From IMG/VR virus record IMGVR_UViG_3300032288_004324: DNA of 64,000 nucleotides; one strand, written 5' to 3'. The notes beneath the pieces were generated by a model. It was given only the letters and a program-made list of their open reading frames with translations, was not told the DNA's origin and did not search any database. Shown one piece after another: positions 9,577 through 20,200 of this stretch. Made by a program: the position numbers and the translations under genes. The stretch's first letter is position 1, and every line of letters starts with the position of its first letter. Origin of the DNA: an uncultured virus (IMG/VR IMGVR_UViG_3300032288_004324). Lineage: Duplodnaviria > Heunggongvirae > Uroviricota > Caudoviricetes.

Positions 9577-11019
9577 TTGGCTAATCTACTTACTAATGAT
9601 TTTTTCTACTCGGTTAAGCTTGGTTTCGAATTTGAGTTTTATAGTAACTTAAATAGAAATGAAATATGCAATAGCCTAGGAAAGGTATTAGGAAAGAAAA
9701 TACTACTTTTTAATAAATATCATTCTAATTTTAAACCTAATAAGGATATTTTTAAATTAGAACCGGATTATTCAGGAGGATCCAAAATGGTAGAATTTAT
9801 CACTGGTCCTCTTCCTTATTTTGAGTCTATCGTTATTTTAATAAAGACGTTAAAATGGATAGACGAAAATGGATATACTGATAAAAAGTGTGCTTTCCAA
9901 TTTGGAGTTAGTATAGATACTTCGATATATCCAGAAGTTCCTAAAATGACGGAGCTAAATATTCTTAAGTTTATTCTTGGATTTGATGAAAATGTTATTT
10001 ATAAAAGATTTCCGGAAAGAATGGGGTCTTTATACGCTAAGTCAATAAAAAGAATTACCCCCTCAAATAAGTTTGTAGATCCCAGTAATATAGGATTTAT
10101 AGATAAAAATTTATTTGAAGTTCCTCTTGAAAAAAATATGGGAATAAATTTTCTAAAACTTCCTGAGGGATATTTTGAGGTTAGATATTTAGGGGGTAAA
10201 GATTATCAGAAAAAATATTCTGCAATAAAGGAAGTATTAGATTATATAATTACATATACTGTTGGAGTATTACAATTCAATAACGGATTCACCGATAATG
10301 ATCTTAAGATTCTAAAAATGTTTCTTAATGAGATATACAAAAACTCGTCCACTTTTATAGATCCTGATACTTTTCAAAAGAATTATCCACACATGAATAT
10401 AATGGTGGATCTTAGATCTGATCCTCAAATACTAAGATCTTTTTTCTTAAATATAAGAGAGGTTCTTTATGACTTAATAGTTGAAAACAATATAAAGGAG
10501 GGACTAATTAATTATGATAGTTCTTTAGGTAAATTTCAATTGAAAGAGATAAAGACAACTAGAGCTTATCTTTTAAAAGATTATGATATATTAGATGGAG
10601 AGATCGCTGGAAATATATTTAATTGTAGATTATTTAATTGTAAAATAAACGATTCCACTTTAGAAGATTGTGATTTGATAACTAATAATGAAATCAGCAG
10701 ATCTAAAATTATGACATCGGATCTTTATTTTACTAATACTGTTCATGAAAGCTATATAGATAATAAGGACAAAGAAATTAATTGTGAAGTTTTCGGAGGA
10801 ATAATAAGATCCGGGTTTATAGGTAAGCTTGCTACTATATCGCCAGAAACTGAAATAGTTAAAGAGGGTGAAGACGATAAGAAATTGAAAGGAAGTTCTA
10901 AGAAAAGACCTTTCCCTAATAGAAACGAAGAAGAATCTCCTTCTGCTCCATCTAGATTTTCTGATAATAATTCAAAACCATCGGGAATTCCTGGAATAAA
11001 CTTTAAATCAAATAATTAA
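9577..11019 (+). CDS. Putative amidoligase-like (COOH-NH2 ligase superfamily) protein with a C-terminal beta-helix-like region
   Basis: LGFEFEFY, LEPDYSGG, VEFITGPL and YFEVRYLGG motifs; TTG start. Confidence 0.6.
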   Translation: MANLLTNDFFYSVKLGFEFEFYSNLNRNEICNSLGKVLGKKILLFNKYHSNFKPNKDIFKLEPDYSGGSKMVEFITGPLPYFESIVILIKTLKWIDENGYTDKKCAFQFGVSIDTSIYPEVPKMTELNILKFILGFDENVIYKRFPERMGSLYAKSIKRITPSNKFVDPSNIGFIDKNLFEVPLEKNMGINFLKLPEGYFEVRYLGGKDYQKKYSAIKEVLDYIITYTVGVLQFNNGFTDNDLKILKMFLNEIYKNSSTFIDPDTFQKNYPHMNIMVDLRSDPQILRSFFLNIREVLYDLIVENNIKEGLINYDSSLGKFQLKEIKTTRAYLLKDYDILDGEIAGNIFNCRLFNCKINDSTLEDCDLITNNEISRSKIMTSDLYFTNTVHESYIDNKDKEINCEVFGGIIRSGFIGKLATISPETEIVKEGEDDKKLKGSSKKRPFPNRNEEESPSAPSRFSDNNSKPSGIPGINFKSNN

Positions 11020-11024
11020 TAGAT

Positions 11025-11804
11025 ATGACCGAAGCAGATTTGATCCAAGAAATAAAGGATGATATATCTCATTCTTGCGCTTTACCTTATAATCTAAACG
11101 AGCAAGAAATTAAGAGAATAATAAAAAGAGCTAGGGCTTATTTTTATGATAACTACCAATACTCAGTAGAGGATAGAATATTTGTTCTAGGTAGAGAATT
11201 GTTTGCAACACAATCATTTAGAGCAACAAGACAGATACAGCTTCCCCAATGTGTTAGATCAGTTTACGAGGTTAGACAGGTAAACGGAGCTGGATTAATA
11301 GGAACTCCTGATAAAGATTTCGGAGATTCTAAACTATTAGGGTCCGAGCTTATGTTATCTCCTTTTGCTGGAGATAATTTAGTATATAGAACTGTTTTAT
11401 ACTCTTTCTTTGATTTAGCCAAGGCATACTTATTAGAAACATATGCTTTTAATTATAATAAAAACACAAAGAAGCTTACTATAAATGGTAGAGATCCTAA
11501 TAGGTCTTATCAAACAGATGGAGGTAGTTCTACTTCTTTATATAGTGGAACTGATGTAGGTATAAGAGCTTATATAGACATACCAGAGGAAAGTTTATAT
11601 GATGATGAGCTATTTGTAAGATATTGTTTAGCTGAAGCTAAAATAAACATAGGTAGATTGCTAGGTACTTTTGAATATAATCTTCCAGGAGGTGTTAGAG
11701 TTAACTATAATAATATACAAACTTTAGGAACAACAGAAAAGCAGGAGATTATACAAATGATAAAAGACGAGAATACGCCTTCATATTTCTTGCAGTGGAA
11801 TTAA
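11025..11804 (+). CDS. gp13: Neck protein, T4 gp13-like
   Basis: C-terminal YCLAEAKINIGRLLGTFEYNLPGGVRVNY matches the gp13 LPGGVxxN motif; size 259 aa. Confidence 0.65.
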   Translation: MTEADLIQEIKDDISHSCALPYNLNEQEIKRIIKRARAYFYDNYQYSVEDRIFVLGRELFATQSFRATRQIQLPQCVRSVYEVRQVNGAGLIGTPDKDFGDSKLLGSELMLSPFAGDNLVYRTVLYSFFDLAKAYLLETYAFNYNKNTKKLTINGRDPNRSYQTDGGSSTSLYSGTDVGIRAYIDIPEESLYDDELFVRYCLAEAKINIGRLLGTFEYNLPGGVRVNYNNIQTLGTTEKQEIIQMIKDENTPSYFLQWN

Positions 11805-11896
11805 AAAAAATAATATTTCTTAGAATATATTTTCTATTTTCGGTCTATAATATTAAATAATAAAATCCTGTAAAATAAGTTGGTATTTTTTATTAG

Positions 11897-11904
11897 AATA
11901 TATA
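11897..11904 (+). promoter_or_regulatory. Putative late promoter AATATATA
   Basis: Intergenic, 7 nt before the gp25-like ATG. Confidence 0.5.
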
Positions 11905-11911
11905 GATCAAC

Positions 11912-12283
11912 ATGGCAAGATTAAGTGAAATTTATCCAAGGGGTCCTCAAGATCCTAATTATAAAGAAGGATTTCTTCACACTAATGATGAAGTGGAGAT
12001 TTTGATAGGTATGATTAAAAATTGTATGCTCTCAAGACCAGGGGAAGTTTTAGGAGACCCTTATTTCGGTATCGATTTAGAAGGCTTAATTTTTAATCTA
12101 GAAGTAGATGAATCAACACTATCTAGTGCAATAGATCTTCACCTTATGACTTATGTTCCTATGGCTTTTAGTATTTTTGATGTAAGATATACTATAGGAT
12201 TTTTAAAAGGCGAAACAAGAGATGCCTGTATTATAGATTTTGCAATAAAAGGTAACCCTATATTGGGAGTTAAAATATTATAA
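11912..12283 (+). CDS. gp25: Baseplate wedge/sheath initiator, gp25-like
   Basis: IKNCMLSRPGEVLGDPYFGIDLEGLIF corresponds to the GPW/gp25 motif; 123 aa. Confidence 0.8.
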   Translation: MARLSEIYPRGPQDPNYKEGFLHTNDEVEILIGMIKNCMLSRPGEVLGDPYFGIDLEGLIFNLEVDESTLSSAIDLHLMTYVPMAFSIFDVRYTIGFLKGETRDACIIDFAIKGNPILGVKIL

Positions 12284-12285
12284 AT

Positions 12286-13983
12286 ATGGATTTATTATCA
12301 AAAAGTAATGCTAAAATATCCGACCTTATGTCTCAAACTTTTGAGCTAATACAGGCAAGATATGGGATGTCTAATCAATTATTTACGGTAGCTTCCGTAT
12401 GGGGACAGATAATATTCGTTCTTGATAACCTTTCACAACTTGTTTTATTCTTTATCGAGGATTCTATAACAGAATTAAATATTAATACAGCAACTAGAGA
12501 ATCCTCAGTATACGGTCTTGCTACCCTTGCTGGTCATAATCCAACAAGGAGTATATCTGCTAAAGGAGAGGTACTAATAAAATGGAATGGTAAGGGATTG
12601 GAAAATATCGGAGGTGGAGCTGTTTTAATTCCTAAAAATTCAGAACTTAGATGTGTGAATAATGGAAAAACTTACATTCTTAAATTTCCTCAGGAATATA
12701 CAAGATTAAATTTAGATTCTTCTTCTAATTTACTTTGCTCTATAATAGAGGGAACAATAAGTACTAACCAATACACAGGATCTGGTGATCTTTTACAAAG
12801 CTTTAATATATCTTCCAGAGGTACTTCTAGTATAGAAAATTTTGAAGTTGAGGTAAAAGTAAACGGGGTTCAATGGAAAAGATATGATTCATTGTACGAT
12901 ATACCTAGAAACGGACAAGGTTATATGGTAAGAAGCTCTATAATATCTGGAATAGATGTTTTCTTTGGTAATAGAAATTTTGGTCTTCCCCCAGCTCCTG
13001 GATCTATTATAGAGATAAATTATTTGGAATCTGCAGGAGCTAATGGAAATATAACGGTGGAGGATTCTTCTCAGATAATATTTAGCTTTGATTCTGAGGG
13101 GACGGACCTTTTTGGTAATGGGGTAACTCTTTCTGAAGTTTTAAGCGTTAGTTGTACAGTTATTCCGCAATTAGGTGCTAATCAGGAATCTATTGATCTA
13201 ACTAGATTAATAGCTCCTAAAACCTCAAGAAGTTTTGTTTTGGCTAACCCTACTAATTATATAACTTACTTCGAAAAGTTTGGTCAGTTCTCCATTATAG
13301 AAGCGTTTACAACTTTTGACGATCAATACATAGACGATGACAATGTAATATATCTTATATTAGTTCCAGATATACAATTAACTCTGAAATCTAACGAGAC
13401 ATATTTTGATATACCACTGTCGAGATTTAAATTAACTAATGCTCAAAGAGATAGCATATATTCTTTGCTAGACGAGAGCGGACAAAAAATAGTTACAACA
13501 GAAGTTAAAATACTAGATCCAGTAATAAAAAAATATGTAATAAATATAGCTATAACTATATTTGAAGGAAATGATCCTGACACAATAAAATCCCAGATAG
13601 TAAATATAATGAGTGATTATTTCTTAAATATAAGGAGGAGAGATAAGATACCTAGATCAGATTTGATTGCAGCTGTTGAAGAAGTATCTGGGGTAGATTC
13701 CGTTTCATTATACTTTGTTGGAGAAGAAAACGAAGCTGCTAAAGCACAAAATCCTAATTCACCCGAAATAGGATTCGACGAGTTTGGCGATATAGTTATG
13801 GGTAAGGACGATATAATTATAATATCTGGAGGATGGGAAGACAGAAATGGTATATATTACGATAGCGGAGCTAGCATGGCAACACTATCATCAATAAATA
13901 TAGACATTAGATCTATAGTTCCTAATACATATAATTCTAAAGTAAATAATATATTAAAAAGTTCTTTAAATACAGGAAATTAA
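12286..13983 (+). CDS. gp6: Baseplate wedge protein, T4 gp6/baseplate-J-like
   Basis: Follows gp25. ELNINTATRESSVYGLATLAGHNPTRSISA, VFFGNRNFG..P, YLESAGANGN and VEEVSGVDSV are typical gp6 segments. Confidence 0.75.
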   Translation: MDLLSKSNAKISDLMSQTFELIQARYGMSNQLFTVASVWGQIIFVLDNLSQLVLFFIEDSITELNINTATRESSVYGLATLAGHNPTRSISAKGEVLIKWNGKGLENIGGGAVLIPKNSELRCVNNGKTYILKFPQEYTRLNLDSSSNLLCSIIEGTISTNQYTGSGDLLQSFNISSRGTSSIENFEVEVKVNGVQWKRYDSLYDIPRNGQGYMVRSSIISGIDVFFGNRNFGLPPAPGSIIEINYLESAGANGNITVEDSSQIIFSFDSEGTDLFGNGVTLSEVLSVSCTVIPQLGANQESIDLTRLIAPKTSRSFVLANPTNYITYFEKFGQFSIIEAFTTFDDQYIDDDNVIYLILVPDIQLTLKSNETYFDIPLSRFKLTNAQRDSIYSLLDESGQKIVTTEVKILDPVIKKYVINIAITIFEGNDPDTIKSQIVNIMSDYFLNIRRRDKIPRSDLIAAVEEVSGVDSVSLYFVGEENEAAKAQNPNSPEIGFDEFGDIVMGKDDIIIISGGWEDRNGIYYDSGASMATLSSINIDIRSIVPNTYNSKVNNILKSSLNTGN

Positions 13984-13984
13984 A

Positions 13985-14230
13985 ATGGATAAGAAAAGCT
14001 GGTACGAATTTATAAACTCACAAAATGATGTGAGGTCTAATGTTGGATTTGATTATGAGGGAAAAATATTTGAAAAAACCCTTTCAAATCCTGTATTAGA
14101 CGGGGATGCTAACAGGATGGATATCTTGGCTAGTATAGAAAAAGTTGTTTATAATTGGTTCGAAGCAGCTAAATATATAAAGAATTATTTTAATTATACC
14201 GTTCCTAAGGATAATAAATACGTGAGGTAA
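13985..14230 (+). CDS. Small hypothetical protein in the baseplate operon
   Basis: 81-aa ORF with 1-nt gaps on both sides. Confidence 0.6.
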   Translation: MDKKSWYEFINSQNDVRSNVGFDYEGKIFEKTLSNPVLDGDANRMDILASIEKVVYNWFEAAKYIKNYFNYTVPKDNKYVR

Positions 14231-14231
14231 T

Positions 14232-17200
14232 ATGAGTTTTCAAAATCTTTTATTTTTTGATAAGAAAGGTGAGCAATATAATTTCAAATGGAATGGTAAT
14301 TATTGGGAAGGATCTATACTTTTTCCTATTGTTTCAGAAAAGCTTTTCGAAGTACAACATATATTTATAATAGAGAAATTTTTAGATCCATCATCTCAAA
14401 TAAAATACGGGTTTCCACATTCTTATGGGGTTAGTCCAGGGCCTTCTGTATGGAGGACAAGATGGGAATCTGATTATGATCAAAGTACAGATGTTTCTTC
14501 TATCATATACACGTATGAATTAGGTGTAGATGGAAATCTTGATTCACCTGTATTAGTTAAAGCTAATAATGTAGAATTTTATCCTGAAATAGTACCAGGA
14601 GATGTTATATCCTCTCCTAGTGGTTTAGTTGTTAGTAACGATATTAACCCTTCGTCTATGCAGCTAAATATAGCATTAAGCTCTGACAGCGAAGGAATAT
14701 ATGATAGAAGATTAATAATAGAAGATTATACGGATCCTAATAACCCAGTAACTATATTAATAGTAAATTTACATGGTGAGGTAGAGGGAGAGGACAGCAG
14801 ATTGTCAGTTATACTTTCTAATTTTGGAAGATCTTTTAATCCTGAGGATGCTTTAATAGTAAGGGAAAGTGATATAAAAGAAGAATTTCCAGACTATGAA
14901 ATAATAAACAAAAAAAGAAAGGAGCTTCTTTTAGCTGGTGAAAGTATTTTTCCGTACTTAGGATCTTATAAATCTCTTTTTAATGCTATAAAATTCTTTG
15001 GTTATTATGATCTAAGGGTTAAAGAATACTGGCTTAACATAAAAACGGATGAAGCAGATACACTTACCCCATTACAGCAGAATCAAAAAATATTAAATCA
15101 ATTAAGTCAACCTAATATAGAAGGCCTTAATAAATTAGAATTAATAAGTAGTTTAATAAAAGACGAGAATCAAGGAAAATTTAAACAGGTAGAAATATAC
15201 GGGAAAAAGAAGGACGGAACTTTTGGCTTAAAGAAACAATTTGAAAGTCTTTTCCCTTCTAAATCTTATAAAAAAACTGCACTATTTGGATTATTTTATG
15301 ATATAAATAGAGTAGTAGAAGATCAGGAAGAGGATGAATATGGATATCCGGTAGTTGAGGATGCTTTTGCTTTTAGTCCTGAAGAGGTATTAATAAAACT
15401 TTTTGGATTAAAGCAAAGACTTAAAAGAGACTATCTTCCTCTAAATGCTAGAATAATAGATATTACCGGAGAGGGAGTATATTTTAATCTGTATAAAACC
15501 AGAGGATGGACAGATACAGTAGATATAACAGAAATAAAGGGAGGTATAAAAGTAGATTTTAGTGTCTATCCCGAAATAGGTTATGTTGAAGATCTTAGAC
15601 CTTTTTATACAAAGCCAAATAAAAGCGGTATTTTATATCCCAATATAAATGGGGTAGAGGAAGGAATAAGTTATTATGGAAATACGGTAGACCCTTATTC
15701 TTATTTTCAAGAATATCCCTTAACAACTATACCATCATTAGAGAGCGCAGTAAATCTTTTCTATAAGGACATTAGCAACGGAGAGATGCCTAAATTTTTA
15801 GGTGATGGGGATTATGATCCTCCTGGATATAAACTTTTTTCTAATGGAAATGATTATGTTTTTCCTGCAGGATGCCCAGTAATTATCAAAAATAATACTT
15901 TTAATTTATCTTGGGAAGAATTAAGTGGAAGTTGGAACTCATTAGATTCAACTGTAACTAGAACTGACCTTCAGATAGCTAGTTATTCAAGTACAACTTC
16001 TACTAATCCTGGAGGAAATTTACAATCTGTTTATAGTACTTCACAATTCACATTACCTACGACATTTCCACAGGGAATTAATATTAATATAGGTACAGGT
16101 AATAATTGGTTCGATACATCATTTCCTGAGGTTATTTTTGTAAGGGTTGAATCCGTTAATTCTCCTGGTAATTTAGTTCTAGGATATTGTAGTTCTGGCG
16201 ATTATAATACATTAACTGGAGATCTATATATTCAGATGATCTATACAAGAGGATCCGGGGAATATTCAAACTGGAAAGTTAGTCCTACTAACATAGGATT
16301 TAGTTCTTATGTTTTTGACTATTATGAAAATTTTATACAGAGTAACGGATTCTATTCTTGGAATAGATTGCCATATTTAGATTTTTATGAAATAGAATGG
16401 ACTATTTATAAAGATGATGATAAGCCATATTATTACCAGACAAGAGGAGGATTGCCAGAGCTAGAAACAATAGTACACTTCTTGCCATATTCTGGTGAAT
16501 ATAATATAAAGTGCAGGGTTTGGGACACTCTTAATTCTATATCTTTAGGCATAAAAAGAGGAATAGTAAAAGTTGAAAAGAGAGGTATAGAATTAAATAC
16601 ACTAACAAGATTCAGACAATCTGAGACATATGATTGGAATAATATGCCTCTAAAATGGGAAAGCTATCCTTCTCAGTGGATATTTCCGGTAGAAAATACA
16701 AATAAAATAATAAGTATATCTGATTTCATACAAAATTATCCAGAGTATTCTAATAACTTTAACGAGGGTCAGCAATGTGAGGTTTTAACTAAATTACCGG
16801 AAGTAAAAGCAACTGTTACTTTTGACGTTGGTGTTAAAAAGATTGATATTGCTACCATTGTTAGTAGCTACAATGGCGGTGGATATGATTTAGCAGTAGT
16901 TACTACGTTTAGCCCTCACGGATATTCTTCTGGTGATACTGTTTGGATATACGATTCTTTAGGATCCTCTTTTGGACAATACCCGATAACTGTAACTGGT
17001 ATTAATACATTCCAAATACCCGATGTTATAATATCGGCAATATCTGGAGGTTATTCTTACAATACAGGAAATATTAAATTCTATGCTGATTCTGTCTTAA
17101 TAGCAGAATGTAATTTTCAGGGCGATTTAAACTCTACTACTAGTTTAGCATATAGCTTAATTAATTCGTCTCCTTTAATTCCTAAGTATAAGGTTATAAA

Positions 17201-20200
17201 TTTAGTAGATTCTGTTAATCCTAATTATAAAACTTTTACAGTCCAGGCTCCTAATAATTCAGGAAGTATATGGAACGGAAAACAGTTTATAATACAGGCA
17301 ACTGGATCTCTTCTAGTATCTACTCCTATTAATACATTTTCTGGAGGATTAAACGAAAGAGAGGAGTATATTTACTACGATTTTAATTTTTTACCTAAGA
17401 AGGAAATGAGATATTGGGGTACAAAAAGCTTATCTTGGGAAACATTTGAAGATTTTTCTTTTGAAAAAGCTTACGCCCATACATGGGATATGTACGATTA
17501 CCATAACGATTGGTTAGGAGGATTTAATTTATACTCATTGCAATATGGGGACAGAATTAGAGTTACTGAAAATTCTAATGGAGTAGTTCTCGGAGAATCT
17601 GATTCCCCTGGAAATAATTATTTAGATCTTAGAGAAGCTGCAGACCAGATGAATGATTCTACGGATGAAAATATAAAAAGATTTGACTATGTCGTAAGGG
17701 GATTCTCAGAGCTTCCTAATAATTTTTATCCTAACTCTAATCCTATATCTCCAGATCTTAGTACAAATCCTGGACCCAAAAATATTGAATCTAAATTTTA
17801 TAAAGTACCTACATATTCACCTGTTGTTTTTGAACCTACAGGAATAGCATGGGATGCTGATGGAGATATATGGGTATCTGGAGAGGATGTTATAAAATTT
17901 GATGGTTCTAATTATACAAATTACGATTCTAGTAATAGCGTAATGCCTGGTATATCTCTTCTTACCAATTGTATAAAAATAGATAGAAATGATGTTAAAT
18001 GGGTAGGAATAGAAAACAATTTATCTCCCCTTGTTAAAATAAATGAAAAAGATCCTTCCGATAGTTTTGCTTATTCAGTTAATGATTTTGTAGATAATGG
18101 AGGAAATCCTATATCCCCTTCAACCCCATCTAGTATAAATTGTATAGAGATAAATCCTCAAAGAGGTGACATATTTGCAGGATTTGTTTGTAATTCGTCG
18201 CCTTCATATGATGGATTACTATTTTATGATTCCAGTGCAAAATCTTGGAATCTTTATACCACTTCTAATTCCAATATACCATCTGATAATATAAGAGACC
18301 TTAGATTACAGTATTATTCAATAAACAAATGGTATTTATGGATAGCAACAGATAATGGACTTTCTAGATTTGAAGGAGTAGATTTTAAGAATTATAATAT
18401 CTCTAATTCGGGAATACCTTCTAATGATGTTTATTCTGTTGAATTAGATAAAATTAATCATAAATGGATAGGAACTTCAGAAGGCCTAGTATATTGGGAT
18501 AATATAAGATGGGCAGTTTGGAATAATGCCACTAATCCGGAATTAAATATAGGATCGGTGAAAAGCATAGTAGAAACTGGAAATAGCAATATATGGTTTA
18601 CAATAGATTCTATATCATCTCCTTATAATACAGAGCTTTATTATTTTGATGGATATTACTTCACTAAAGTTTTATATAGAAACGACGGGACCACATTAAT
18701 AAATCCAGTTGGATGTGATTTTGGTAAGATATCATTATCTGCTCCTTGGAAAACTATTAAAAACGGAGAGACTACATTTCCTAAGAATCTTTTAATATTA
18801 ACAAAAGACGGAGAGATAGGTAAGATAGATTATATAATACCTCATATACAGGCTACTTCTAAAGATCCTGGTACTAATGGATGGGATTTTGTTTATCACG
18901 AAAGTTCTACTCCTCTCCCTTCTACTGAATATATTTACAATAGTGGAATAGGAATATCACAGCTAGGATTTAACTTTATAATAGGGCCTTTTAATGATAA
19001 CATAACTCTAAACTCCGATTATACAAGACCTATCATGCCTAACGTTGATAGATACTCTTGGTATAAGCCTATTTGGCAGCGTTATAGCATCGATCGCCTT
19101 AAAGATCAGTTTCCATCTTTAAATATAGACGATGTCTTCTTATATGCTCCCTTAAGAGATATTTTAAACGAGAAAGCTAATAAAGAACCATATTGGAAAA
19201 ATTCGCAAATTGAAAGAATAGAAAAGAAAAAATCTAGGGACCTTTTTGATAATTTTGAATGGGTTATAACTCTAGGAAATAGTAGTCCAGATCAGGGGGT
19301 TAAAGTTACTATAGATGATGCAGGGGATATAATAGCTATAGGAGACTTTACAGATACTATATTCATGGGGGAAGTTAATAATATAGGTACCCAAGATATT
19401 TATTTAAATACACAGGACCCAGGGGTTTATATAGCTAAATATAATAAAGGAGGGGTTATCCAATGGGCCAGATCAATTTCTTCAACATCTCCTCAAGGTT
19501 CTATCTATGCTAGATCTGTTATAACTGATAAGTCGGGTAATTTATATGTAGTTAGTGACAATAATGTTGTTGGGTTTATACAAATAGACAAATTCAATTC
19601 CGACGGTGTTTTATTAAATACATTAAATATACCTATTACCCCCGATCAATACATAGGTGATATTAAGGTAGATAAGTATGAAAATATTTATATATGCGGA
19701 GGATTCCGAGGAAATTTAATTCTTGGATCTTTTTCTCTAAACTCTTCTTCACAAGATTCAGGATTCTTAGCTAAATTAGATCCTTCTATGAGTTTTATTT
19801 GGGCTAAGCAGTTTACAGATACTACATATTCTAAAGCTTATGAAATAGGAATATTGAAAGAAGAATACCTTTATTTAACGGGGGTATTTGATTCACAGAT
19901 AAATCTAGGTCCTATACAATTAACAGGGGTGGGTAATCCTGATATGTTTATAGGTAAATTTTATACTGGAGACGGTGAATGTCTATGGGCTAAAAGCATT
20001 GCTTATGATTCAGCAACTTCATTTGGATCCTCCTCTATATGTTTGGATCCTAAAGGTCATTTATTAATTACGGGTTCTTATGAGGGAACAATAAAAATAG
20101 AGGATCAGATGATAATATCCTTCCCTGGTGCATCTGATATATTTGTCATAAAACTTTTATCTACAGGAAAGTTAATATGGATGAAAACTTGTGGGGGATC

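Noticed and set aside
11803..11840. Possible hairpin/terminator after the neck gene
   Set aside because: Imperfect, almost entirely A/T stem; too weak to call.
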